From Dicyema japonicum (lineage: Eukaryota > Animalia > Dicyemida): 45,802 nucleotides of DNA. The position numbers and the translations under genes are program-made. The stretch lies in assembly GCA_011109175.1 (NCBI GenBank), contig RDEW01000008.1, forward strand, positions 971,558 to 1,017,359, written 5' to 3'. The notes beneath the pieces were generated by a model. That model was not told the origin of the DNA. It saw only the letters and a list, made by a program, of their open reading frames with translations, and made no database searches. Positions 25,100 to 36,200 of the stretch are shown in pieces (within the stretch, counting starts at the first letter, position 1; every line of letters begins with the position of its first letter).

Positions 25100-25310
25100 C
25101 TGTGTTGTCATATTTCTCTTTCTCGTCATTGGATTCACACTAATCAGGAGATGCACAATATCTGGATTGCATTCAAAAGGATCCATCTCTTTATTCCCCG
25201 GGAGACTATTTCGCTCCCTAACGACGAGTTCTGGTTTCGACTTCAGCTTCCCAAGACAATGTCCTCTGGATCATTGAAAGTTCTACAGGAAAGCATAGGA
25301 TCACGGGAAG
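25100..25310 (-). repeat. Dispersed repeat family X, copy
   Basis: Reverse complement reads GATCCAGAGGACATTGTC..GGAAGCTGAAGTCGAAACCAGAACTCGTCG...GTCTCCCGGGGAATAAAGAGATGGATCCTTTTGAATGC...AATCCAATGACG. A short plus-strand partial copy follows at 25415-25490. Confidence 0.7.
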
Positions 25311-25861
25311 TCAGATAGAAGAAACTGATAAAAAAAATATTAAAGAATACGTCAGTCTTTGCAATTTGTGAAAACCCTTCAAATGGATTGAGAAAGTGTA
25401 ATGATCTCTTTCATACCATCGTGGCACTGGGCGTCACCTTAGATAGGTAAACCACTCCAAATCAAATGAAGCCACTCTAGTAGAATGGAAGATAAAATTG
25501 CGAACAATAAAAAAGAGGATAAACTTTTGACCAACAGCCAGTTGAGTAATTGAAATCAGTACTTATTGACACAACCACTAAACTATCTGTTAAATTCTGA
25601 GAAACAGTGCATATTTAAAACGGAATGGTCTGAGAAATAATTTTCTGAATGGAGCGAAAAGAAATTCTAAAATGTAGAAAGCGCTTGCATTCCTTGACAT
25701 TTATTAGATATGCCTTTTATCAGGTGATTTCAATAAGAGTCATCAAAGTTTTGGATTTCTGAGTCATTAGGGTGATTTTTGTCAATAAAGTCAAAAATTC
25801 AAATTTTCTTTAAAATTATTTAAAATTTATAAAAATGTAATTTTTAATCAAAAAATAGTAC

Positions 25862-26135
25862 AAACTCGACATTTTCGTATATGATAAGATAAAAAATACG
25901 ATTACTCTTGTAGAAATTGGGATCACCTCGCAAAACTGCCTTAAGCAGGTCGAAGTAGAAAGTTCCACAAGTATGAGTTGCTGGCAAACGAACTTGAGAT
26001 TATCCATCGCGCAAAAGTGAAAATAATCCCTGTTGTCATCACCTGGGATGGAATTGTCTCCAGATTCTTCAAAGGCCACCTGGATGCCATCAAGATGAAG
26101 GAGAGGGCCGAAGCTTATATACAGACGCTAGTCTT
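25862..26135 (+). mobile_element. R2/NeSL-like non-LTR retrotransposon 3' fragment with restriction-like (REL) endonuclease
   Basis: KLDIFVYDKIKNTITLVEIGITSQNCLKQVEVE, then after a frameshift KYELLANELEIIHRAKVKIIPVVITWDGIVS...AEAYIQTLV. This is the PD-(D/E)-type REL layout followed by an AT-rich tail. Confidence 0.7.
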
Positions 26136-26659
26136 TGGAGAGTATGGACGCTGAGGAGAGGCATGGAGTATCGATGCCTGTTGATGAGGAAGACGGCATG
26201 GAATGTCAACCTGAAGTAGTCTCTGAATGTGGAGTATGCAGGCAATAGGGGTCGGCACCAAGAAAAGAAGATTGAGTTAGACGGGGGTTATGAAAGAATT
26301 ACTTTTACTTATTGTTTGATTAATAAAATTAAAAGTTATAAAGTTAAGAAAATTCAAAATTTAATTTTTAAGTCATCAAAGTCAACTTTTTTATCGATTT
26401 TGATTTTTTAATTTTTAGAGTTTTTGAACAAAGTACTAACGCATCATGCCGTCTGTTATGTCGCACGTTCAATCAAAGGTTATTGAGAATGTTAAGACTG
26501 CTATAAGAAAATATCTGGCGGGAGTTGAAGTGTCTAAGCGTAAAACACGTCCAGATAAGTGTTTTGCAAATCTCTTTGAGAATTATCTCTGATGCCAAAA
26601 AGACTTATTGCTTCAAAAGTAACACTTATTTGACGAGAATTGACTTTTACTGAAGAGGC

Positions 26660-26725
26660 TATCATTCGGACTCGAACCCACGACTATCAGATCCGATTTC
26701 ATCCGATTTTACGTTTAGCCAAGAA
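26660..26725 (-). other. Degenerate tRNA-like or SINE head
   Basis: Reverse complement contains GTCGTGGGTTCGAGTCC (T arm/B box) but no intact D arm or acceptor stem. Confidence 0.3.
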
Positions 26726-27846
26726 AGAATAATAAACAAATTAATGTGAAGTATTAAGCAATAAAATGAATAATATTGAAAAAATAGGACGGAAAAATTG
26801 TCACATATGAGATTCCTGTATTGTTCCTTTTCGAACGTGGCCATTGAAGATCTCGAGAGCGATTTGACTTAGCGTCGCCATTTTAAAAGTAGACAGCTTT
26901 CTGCATGTTTAATACTCTGTTTGATAATTTTTGTTGACGTGTTAAGTATTTTCGTAATCAGAGATTCAAAAGTTAATTTTGTTGTAAAGCTACCTCACTC
27001 TCAGTATATCAGGACCATCTCAAACTACGGGAACCCCTTCTGGTTCTCATCCCTCGCAGCCTGCAACATCCGAAGACTTCAGTTCCGATAAAACCTATTC
27101 AAAGACAATACATGGCCATATCTAACCATATCTACACCAAAGCAATNAAAAGTTAATTTTGTTGTAAAGCTACTTCACTCTCAGTATATCAGGACCATCT
27201 CAAACTACGGGAACCCCTTCTGGCTCTCATCCCTCGCAGCCTGCAACATCCGAAAACTTCAGTTCCGATAAAACCTATTCAAAGACAATACATGGCCATA
27301 TCTAACCATATCTACACCAAAGCAATCCGTAGACTGGTTTGGAGCGATTCAGGGAACGAAATTATCTCTTGGTGTATATTCGCAATTTCGTCCACATTAT
27401 CTTCGAACAACGGGGAGTTTGAAATACTTGAATGGAGAAGGTGTCGGTGCATGCCCAATCCAAAATCAAGAATTTCACCCGGTGGTAGGGGAAGACAGTG
27501 ATCCAGTCTAGGAGCTTTTCATCAGCACAATCTAGGCCCACCGGTTCCAGAAAAGCCTCAAGGCAGCCTGTCACTACCACGTTAATGGCGGCATGCCTTG
27601 GGAACAGCCATTACTGTATCAGTAAGAGAGTGTGAAGCTCTTTGCACCCCACAACAGATCCACAACAGCACAGTTGAAGCTGGCACAGGTCGACCCCGAG
27701 ACGAACGGAAAGACCAATTTGAAGGGCATCCTATCCAGAAAAAAACTAATAAAAGATAATGGAAATAATTATTTATAAAAATTAAATTTATAATTATTTA
27801 CTGAAACCATAAAAATAAATAAATTTCAGATCGAATTTGCTTATTC

Positions 27847-28167
27847 ATGAAGCCAGTGCTTAAAAACGTGATATCTAAATATAACTTTTAGGTGGAGATT
27901 TTTGTTCAACAAACTAAGGAATTTGTTGAAAAAATAAGAACGGGAGAAATTAAGATACCTGAGGGAATGAGTCCTGAATCGCTATTCTACAAGGAATACG
28001 GAATTTCACTTTTCGACATTAAGAAAATAATAGACGATAATTTTAGAATTATACGCAAGAGACTACATGACTTGGCCAGAGAAATTATTCAAGATGAGGA
28101 ATACATGAAGCAGATACCTGAAATAACTAGACGAAGGCTCATATCAAATGTAATTTCGTTTTTTTAG
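27847..28167 (+). CDS. Hypothetical protein of about 98 aa, possibly the 3' part of a longer gene
   Basis: ATG at 27847; 24-nt GT-AG intron 27868-27891 ending in an in-frame TAG; then an open frame VEIFVQQTKEFVEKIRTGEIKIPEGMSPESLFYKEYG...; natural amino-acid composition; no family recognised. Confidence 0.45.
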
Positions 28168-28819
28168 TTCAAAGATTCAAAATATGATTAATTAAAGACT
28201 AACCTTAATTTAATTAAACTAACTTAGTGTCTCAATGAATTTATTCTATAATGATTGTATTTCAGTGATGACTTGCTTGTCCGAGTTTATGTAGGCTCTA
28301 TTGTTAGAGTGAACGTTTAGAGTCTTTGAGTCGGATCAGACCCATAAACTTTCTCGGAACTAGGCGTAATCACTGAGTCTAGTGCTCAAGCTTCTTAGTC
28401 CATAAATCCTAATACGAAAGTTGTTAATACACTACTATGTCACAGTTGAGATCAAAAATTTGAATGACCACGTGGGCAATGTAATATTCCCAAATGAAAT
28501 TTTTTCTTGAACAGCTTTCTATAACGAGCTTTGAGTCTTCGGATAACTGGAATTTTTCAAAGTATTTGATGAGACTGTCGTATACAGGAACGTATTAAAA
28601 AATATTGAATTTAGGCATTAAAATTGTCATGAAAAATAATGACCCGCTTCTTTTATGTGCGAACCATTATTCAGTAGCTCAGCATCAGTCTCAGGCAGCC
28701 GACTAACCGTTAAGCTAGTTAGCCAATTAAGCTCTCAATATTATAAGCAAGTATTGATTAATGATAATTTATTTTAATGTATTAAATACAATTAAATAAA
28801 ACCAATTCATTAATGTAAA

Positions 28820-29150
28820 ATAATAGCTGTGTGGCGCCCTTCGTGGCTAATTGGTTGAAGTTTCTGTTTGTTCGTCTGTTCCTCCTCCTTCTTCCTATTA
28901 GAGTGCCGTTATGTAATTCACCTGTCTGGGTGACGCCCAGTGCCAGGCCGGCACGAAAAAGCATCATTTGCTCCCCCCACTCCACTGGAGAAGTTTCCAC
29001 AACTGCAACTAAGGACGTCTTTTACCTTTTATGTTGATTCCGGATGGACTCTGTTTTTGTAAAAGTGGAAACTGGATACACTTATTAGTTTTTTACTTCA
29101 ACTTCTTTCTCGGTGTATCTGGGGTTAATAAATAAATAAAAACAAGTCTT
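28820..29150 (-). repeat. Dispersed repeat family X, copy
   Basis: Forward strand reads CACCTGTCTGGGTGACGCCCAGTGCCAGGCCGGCACGAAAAAGCATCATTTGCTCCCCCCACTCCACTGGAG, the reverse complement of the 17990-18050 core. Confidence 0.75.
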
Positions 29151-29901
29151 AAAATATTAAAGAATTCTTAAATTCGTGATGACATGTGGTGCCATGAAAT
29201 TAAATTAAAAATTGTGACTATTTAAAATTTGGCAAATTACTAAAGAGAATAGGATTTTTTTCTTGGAAAAATTTTCAAAATGTGGTCGATTTGCGAGAGT
29301 CGAGTGTAATTTTAAATTGTTGGATTCAAACGTTCTCGATGATTTTTAGCACTTGAGACTGCAAAATGTCCTAGTTAATGGCCCACTCATTAAAAAATTC
29401 TCCGATTTGATCATTAGGTTTAAACATAGGAAATAGATTAAGTTTTGAGACTTCTAAGACTTCAAATGGTGGGAGGTGTTAGAAAACTTTAAAGAAATGA
29501 GTTGAAGTTCAAATATCTTACAGGTGACAAAAATTCATGTTCATGCAATGGAAGTGATGCCTTTGTGCCACTCATTAATTAAAAAATTGTCCAAAAGAGA
29601 ATGAAAATATTTTAACTCTGATAAAACTTGTCTTTTCTCAAGAAAACTCCAAAAATTCATTTTCCAAAGAAACGATAATCACCTGGCTGTAAGCAGAGTT
29701 AAAAAAATTCTTTTTTTTGTTCTGCAACTATGTTTCTAATTTTAATTCACGGTTATGTAGAATTAATGAAAAATAAAAACTCAAAAAATCCTTAAATTCT
29801 CGGAGAATGCTACATGTCATGTAAAACAAATTCATTCAAACATCGATATACTCTTCCTGCCTCGACAAAGAAGATTTTTTCGAATCTATTAAATTAATTT
29901 G

Positions 29902-30060
29902 TTAGGTAATCGGATCGTTAAACGAACAGGAGACCCTCGTGAGCGTTGCTGGTTATTTGAGAGAATCTCGCTCGCTATCCTGAGAGGAAATAGCCACGCA
30001 GTCAGGGCAGCCGCTATATAACCGTTTACTCTCTTTTCTTTTTTTAATAAAAACAAAAAA
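29902..30060 (+). mobile_element. 3' end of a CRE-like non-LTR retrotransposon
   Basis: LGNRIVKRTGDPRERCWLFERISLAILRGNSHAVRAAAI* matches the TGD.RE..WL.QR+S+AI.RGNA terminus; followed by a T-rich then A-rich tail. Confidence 0.7.
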
Positions 30061-30359
30061 AATTACGACACTGATTTTAATATCCGAGGCGTAGAAAAAT
30101 ATACATCATGAATCAGTTATAAAAGTCGGAACAGTGTATATTTAAAACAATCTGAATCATCAAAGCGATAAAAAAAGTGTTAGATATTATAGAAGAAATA
30201 TTACATGAGGAAGAAAACTATGATGAAATATGATGGTGAATCTAGAGAAAATGACACAATAAAAAAAACCTTAAAAATTAATTTTAATTTATTTTTAATG
30301 ATTTAAAAGAATCCATTTTAGACATCGCTTCGGATTCTCTGAGTTTTACTCGTTTAAGA

Positions 30360-30630
30360 AAAAAACCTACAGAACTTAATTCCTTGATCCTGACTCCAAC
30401 AGAACCCTCACCCACTTACAGCGATCTAGAGAGCGTCGTCTGGAGAGCTGAAGTCTAATCCAGAGTTTACAGAATTCGTGCCAGAAAGAAATATTTTCTC
30501 CCAGTAGAATAAATCGATCGATTCTTTCGAATGCAGGCCAGGCACTGTAAGTTTCCTAAGTATGTGGATCCAATGACGCCACTAAAAGAAAATAAGAGAA
30601 ATCTTCAATCAGGTAGCCTCATGGCATCAC
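30360..30630 (+). repeat. Dispersed repeat family X, copy
   Basis: CCTTGATCCTGACTC, GATCTAGAGAGCGTCGTCTGGAGAGCTGAAGTC, GGCCAGGCACT and GTGGATCCAATGACGCCACT. Confidence 0.7.
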
Positions 30631-31029
30631 GCGGCCAATATTAAAGTTAATTTCTCTTAATGCATTTGTATCATTTTCTAAATTTATAGAAATTTATATT
30701 TAACCTAAATAAAATATATTTAATATTTAAAGAAACAGTCCATTTTGTTTGGCCACAATTTTTCACATTAAAAATGTATTTCACGGAGCTCGGAGATGCA
30801 AAAGTCAAGGATCACATTTCATTTTATAAAATTCGACATTCTATTTCTACGACTTCTTTCATCTTTAAATAAAATCTCGTTAAGTCGTATATTGAGGGCT
30901 ATCTAGATTCCAACTCTCTTCAACTTTCCAGTAGCTCCTATATGATTCCCTACAATGAAAATCTATACATAAAGAATCCATTCCGATTAAAATTTGAAAA
31001 ATAGAGATTTCCTATTTTAAAGTAGTCAG

Positions 31030-31402
31030 GGAATGGGGACAAACAGTATTGTTAAAGACTATGTGCAGCCTGATTATACTGAGAGATATCGAGGCCAAGT
31101 GAGCGTTCCCACTAAGAACTTGTCTGAACTGAAGTAATCTGATAACAGGTGAACTTATATTCTTACTTTAGGTGATTTGGATGAGTAATGAACGCTTCCT
31201 CATCCCAGAAATACTCTTTCATTTATCGATCGCTTGGTTCAATCAAATTGGCGTCGCTGAGGCCATTTTTGAGAGTATCAACAGATGTCTTCCTGGTTTG
31301 TTCCCTTTTTGCTCACTCCCAGAATTCCACGAAGAACTCTATAGAGATGTCGTCTTGACTTGTGAGTGCGTTAAATTTCCTAATTTCGCTGAGAGAATGT
31401 AA
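31030..31402 (+). pseudogene. ACTR6: ARP6 (actin-related protein 6) pseudogene fragment with introns
   Basis: TNSIVKDYVQPDY...SNERFLIPEILFH...GVAEAIFESI...LYRDVVLT.ECVKFPNFAER matches ARP6. In-frame TAA at 31135, a frameshift at intron 31149-31171, and TGG changed to TCE. A second 27-nt intron is likely after RCLP. Confidence 0.72.
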
Positions 31403-31789
31403 ATTTTTAAGTTTCCAGCATCGTTAGTTCTGGATCCAAAAGTTTTTTTAGTTAGCTTACTGTTGTGCTCATAAAGTCCATAAAATAGTTTAAATTATCT
31501 ATTGTTGGTGGAGAGATACGATTAGTGTGTATTGAAACCTAGGAGCTTCTCCGGAGTTAATCTCTAAGTCGGTAAGCACTTACCGACTTTATTTAATCAT
31601 TAATTTTATTAATTGATTCCGGAAGACCTCAACAGAATAAAGAGATTTTTGACGTGTTCCTCCTTCTTTCTTGGTGTTCCATTTTTCGGGGTTAGACAAT
31701 AATTTTATTAATCTCGGTCATCTGTTAAATAGTTGGTAGGAATAGTTTGCACAGTCAATGTCCGGAACAAGCCTTTCAAAGTACAGCCA

Positions 31790-32110
31790 GAATAAGAGAA
31801 AATGAAACGTTATTTTTGCAGTTGTGGGAAGCCTACCAAGATGTGGGGAAGAGAAAATCATCATTTGGTCTCATTCTAGAACTGGGCACCCATAATGAGG
31901 ATCTCATCTAGGAAACATTAATTGTTCCAAAGACCAAGTGTAAAACCAAACTAGCTAATACCTTGATCCTGACTCTTTCCAGCATTCCAGAATTTTCTTA
32001 AGATAACGACATTGTCCCCTGGGGAAAAATAGTTGGATCCTCTTGATGCCGGCTAGGATTGGGCGTCTCCTCAGTGAGGTGGATCCAATGACGCCAACGG
32101 AATGAAAATA
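31790..32110 (+). repeat. Dispersed repeat family X, two nested or adjacent partial copies
   Basis: GCAGTTGTGGGAAG...GTGGGGAAGAG (like 28960-29010 reversed), then TTCCAAAGACCAAG...GATCCTGACTC...GATGCCGGCTAGGATTGGGCGTC...GGATCCAATGACGCCA. Confidence 0.7.
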
Positions 32111-32263
32111 ATTTATGACTAACTAGCCACATAGCACAATTTCTATTTCCGGTGACTAAGGAAAACTCAAAAAAAGTGGTGACTCTGCCAACAACAATTT
32201 TATTTATTTTTTATTTTATTTTTTTAAAAATTATTTAAATATTTATTAATCACGTATTTTTAG

Positions 32264-32463
32264 GATTCACACTGTTGAGAAAAATCGTGGAACAAAATTA
32301 TACGAGTTGACTGAGATTGGGCCGAAATTTGAAATGAATTGTGTGTTATTTATTAATTTTACTCTACAAACTTGTTATGGAAACTTTAGAGACGACTCAG
32401 TCTGCTCAGGTAGACTGGGTTCTAAGACTTTACATAAATACTGCGAAAAACGTTTATTTATTA
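32264..32463 (+). pseudogene. IMP4: IMP4 (U3 snoRNP, Brix family) C-terminal pseudogene fragment
   Basis: HTVEK...YELTEIGPKFEM, a decayed intron-like spacer of about 24 nt, then YKLVMETLE...QVDWVLRLYINTAK. Matches EL.E+GPRFE+...LGTL...VEW.L.PY.NTAKKR with substitutions, a lost acceptor AG and a 1-nt deletion. Confidence 0.68.
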
Positions 32464-35400
32464 CGTGATTTGCAATTTTTTAACATAAAATTATTGATTT
32501 TTAGTTGTGAATAGTCAGCATTAAAACCAAAAGCATTGATCCCCCAATAAACAAGTGAACCAAAGCAGTCCAGAACAATTCGTAAGTGACCGGTCTAAAA
32601 ATACATTTCTACCCAAAATACGACACAACCACCTCAGAAAATTTGCAAACCAAAAATGTGACGCCAAAAGCAAACATTGAAGATCAACTAAGGGCATCCT
32701 TCTTACGAAAACTAGAATTTTCACAGAAGGAACAAATATAAGCGACACTTAAATTAATCCAACAGCACCTGAAAGCAAACCGAACAAGAATGGTTACCGA
32801 ATTGACGATTATTAAAGCAGAAGAATCTGAAAGTGACCAAGTAATAACGAAAACGAAGAACACGTGTAGGAAAAACAAATTATAAGGAGAATGCCGTTCC
32901 TAATAGATCCCCACACCAACCTTTTGATCTTAGAGACAGAAACTGTGGAGAGAAAGAAGGACTCCATGATTCTGTTGACATCTAGAAATAGGACATAAAC
33001 GGAACGCCAGAATTACACGTGCATAGACGAACACTATGAGCCCAATTTCCAAGCGAAAGTATAAAATCAGGAAGGACGAAAAGGAGTAACTTAAATAAGA
33101 GAGAGCATCTACGGAAACCTAAGTCTTCCAAAGCAGTACTTTGAGGTTGCTCAGCCAGTACATATTGGCAATAATAACGTACGAGTAAGTCAAAGAGTTG
33201 GAAATATAAAAATTATCCAAAATACAGCACTTTTATAATCCCTCTTCCAATTGGTAGAGTCGGTCTCGATGAAAAAAAGACACAGAACGGCTACAATAGA
33301 GGCAATGATAAATGACAAAGGAGTGCTTCAGTAAGGTCAAATTAGGCATAAAAAGACCAAATTGTGTTAGTGAAACTGAGTGTCTTCGTGATGCTGATCC
33401 CACAGCACGTTTTGAGAATCGGATCCAAACATAGATTCTTGATTGATCCGTGGAGTTGTAAAAGTCTCTGTCATGAACATTTTTTACCTTTCACGTGTTC
33501 CAATTCAGAGAATTGAGATGAATCTCAGCGTGATTGCGTTTAGAACTGAAGAAATCACTCCACCGACTATCTAAGGATTTAATGCACACATGACTCTTAT
33601 GGGAACATCATAGAAGCCTGATTAATGCTTTTGATTCATCCTCACTTCATTATTATAAGTAAATTTAAATTTCAAATTTATTAATTTAATTTTTTTTATG
33701 GGAACATCATAGAAGCCTGATTAATGCTTTTGATTCATCCTCACTTCATTATTATAAGTAAATTTAAATTTAAAATTTATTAATTTAATTTTTTTTAATT
33801 TAATTAAGTAAAGAATTTTGTATAAAAAATTTTTTTCTATAAGCAAAAACTGGGAGCACCTAGCTGCATTACAACGTGAGAACCTAGGCTTGTTGTTAGA
33901 TTCTTGTGGAGGAAGATTATCTTGTTGTTAATTTCTTAGGTTGCACGATGTCTATTAAATTTATTTTAGATTATTGTTTTTTCGAGATACTCGATCCCAC
34001 GTGAACACAAATTACTTTTTTCCCGGTTCCTTTAAATGAAGAAAAGTATTATCCAACAGAGCGATCTACATGTTTACTGCGCACAAAAAGTCCTATTAAT
34101 CCTTCTCAATGACTATTTTATCTTCCCATACTTAATGGGTCATCTATGGGATTTTCACAATTGTTACCTACTGGACGTCTTTAAAAATAGATTTAAACTG
34201 GTTCTTTAAGTACTTGTCTCCTAAGTTAGTTCCAAAAGTCATTCATATCAAAATTTCTGTTAGTGGATGGTTTTTCAACAGTTCGAGAAAGACGCGTTTT
34301 ACGTTACTATTAATAGTGCAGTTATTCCTAGAGTTGATCTCGTAAAGAACATAATGCCGAAACCCTTGGAGATTCTAATCGAATGAATATCGGAGGAGGC
34401 CAGATCCAACTTGATCATCCGGATTTAACCGAGAGGAGAGCCTGGATTGAATTTGTCAGTGTCACAGTTTGCTTTTCGGTTTAACCTGATCCAACTTGAT
34501 CATCCTGACCCAAACAAGATAAGAGCCTGGATTGAATTTGTCAGTGTCACAGTTTGCTTTTCGGTTTAACGGTTGTCTTGGAATAAAGATTTGATTAATA
34601 TTAAGCCAACAAAAAATTTAATTCATCAACCCCGAAGAGTATACTCTCACGAGGAAGATTATAATAGTTCTAGTCTAATTAACTGATCTCGGTGTCCATA
34701 CCAGTACTTTTCCTGCGGCTAGTTTTGGAATCCTGAATTAATCTCTTCAACGGGAAAGGTTTCTTTTTGTGTCTCAAACCATTCAGCACAGGCGTACTCG
34801 ATACTCGGTAAAACAGATTGTTTGTATAGTAACTCAAGGAAATAGAATTAATATATTATTATTTATTTATTTATAATGAATAAATAAATTAAATAGAATA
34901 AATTTGAATAAATAATATTATTAATTTAAAATATTCAATAAAATATGCAGGAACCTACACAAGATTAGGAGACGCTTAAGATAAATAGAGGATCTAGATG
35001 GAGTACGTCAGTTCGCCTATGACAGAGGCAAGTGGAAAAAGATGACCTAATTACTAGATTCTCGAGTTCCGCATGTTTAGCCATAAAGGCGAGAGTGCTT
35101 AATAATGACAAATACTATCTTTAAACTAAATCCATTATTCCTCAATGATGTTGTCCTTAATTAATTATCAGCACTTTCCAAGCACATTGTTTGAGGTTTC
35201 TTATAGGACTACAGTCTGAAATGACACTAATAATTACCCGTAGGATTTGCTGATACGTTCCCTGTCCTGATGACATTAATATAAAACAACTACAATTTAC
35301 CAGATATGTCCATATAAATAAATTCCACTTCATAATTTCATACGCTTGTGGGTCGTTCATCAATACACAAAACACGAACACCAATTTAACATTGAAATTA

Positions 35401-36049
35401 CCCATAAAACTTAACAAATCCAGAAGCTATATAATAAATGATTGTATTATTGATGAAGAGGGAAATTTACTAATAATAAACTTACATATATTGAAGACTT
35501 GTCAATGATGTAGCGAAATCAATGTCTTTGTGCTATAGTACGCGACATCCCGAGAGAAATCTGTCGATTTCAAAAATACAATACTTCGATAGTGACCAAT
35601 CGCTTTATGACTGTGATCATTTATGCAGTGACTGTAAGTGAATAAAACAGTAATACAAAATTCGTACATTGGTCCGACAGAATGAAAAAGTCTCTCTACG
35701 GGGGATAGTAATGTTTCCCACATAAAGGTGCTTTATCGGTGAATTGTATTTTGTTTCATAATTAGTCTCATATAGACAGTCAAAAGACTCTCTGTGATAT
35801 GAAAATAAGCAATAATTGTATGATCGATGATCAGATTGGTAATGCCTTTTAGGTTGTATTTCGGTATAGCAATAAACTATTTTTCCATCAACCATTGTAC
35901 AAAAATTGAGTTTCCATTAATCTTGAATCAATTCTCCGTTCACCGTTCAAACACCGTTTTAGCTCCAGAAGAAGCGTGTGACATTGACGAACACGATTTA
36001 CAAATAAATGTAAAAAATAACAAAATGATTTTTGTGTCTTTCGAGGGCC

Positions 36050-36200
36050 GAATGTTTGACACCCTTGATCTATCTCGTTATTCCACCGAGAGATATTTCG
36101 GTCCCTGGTGAGTTCTGGCTTCGACCTCACCTTCCCGGCATTATCCTCTCGATCAACTGTGCCTAGACGAGGATTCTACTAGAACGAGTAAGAAAAGTTG
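36050..36200 (-). repeat. Dispersed repeat family X, diverged copy
   Basis: Reverse complement GATCGAGAGGATAATGCCGGGAAGGTGAGGTCGAAGCCAGAACTC...CCGAAATATCTCTCGGTGGAAT aligns to the family core. Confidence 0.55.

Larger units (their letters stand above)
13170..27330. other. Zone of adjacent haplotype-like duplicates, mostly joined by single Ns
   Basis: Near-identical neighbouring blocks with a few SNPs at junction Ns near 14172, 14368, 15819, 16229, 16651, 18448, 20040, 24842 and 27147, plus N-free pairs (for example near 13170 and 17070). Confidence 0.8.

Noticed and set aside
32030-32105. HDV-like ribozyme in family X (GCCGGCT, GGG, hairpin, CCAA)
   Set aside because: No upstream P1 partner, and the P3/L3 spacing does not fit in any copy.
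34985-35050. RTE-type LINE 3' end (AYDRGKWKKM)
   Set aside because: Only about 10 residues of similarity, too short to support a call.
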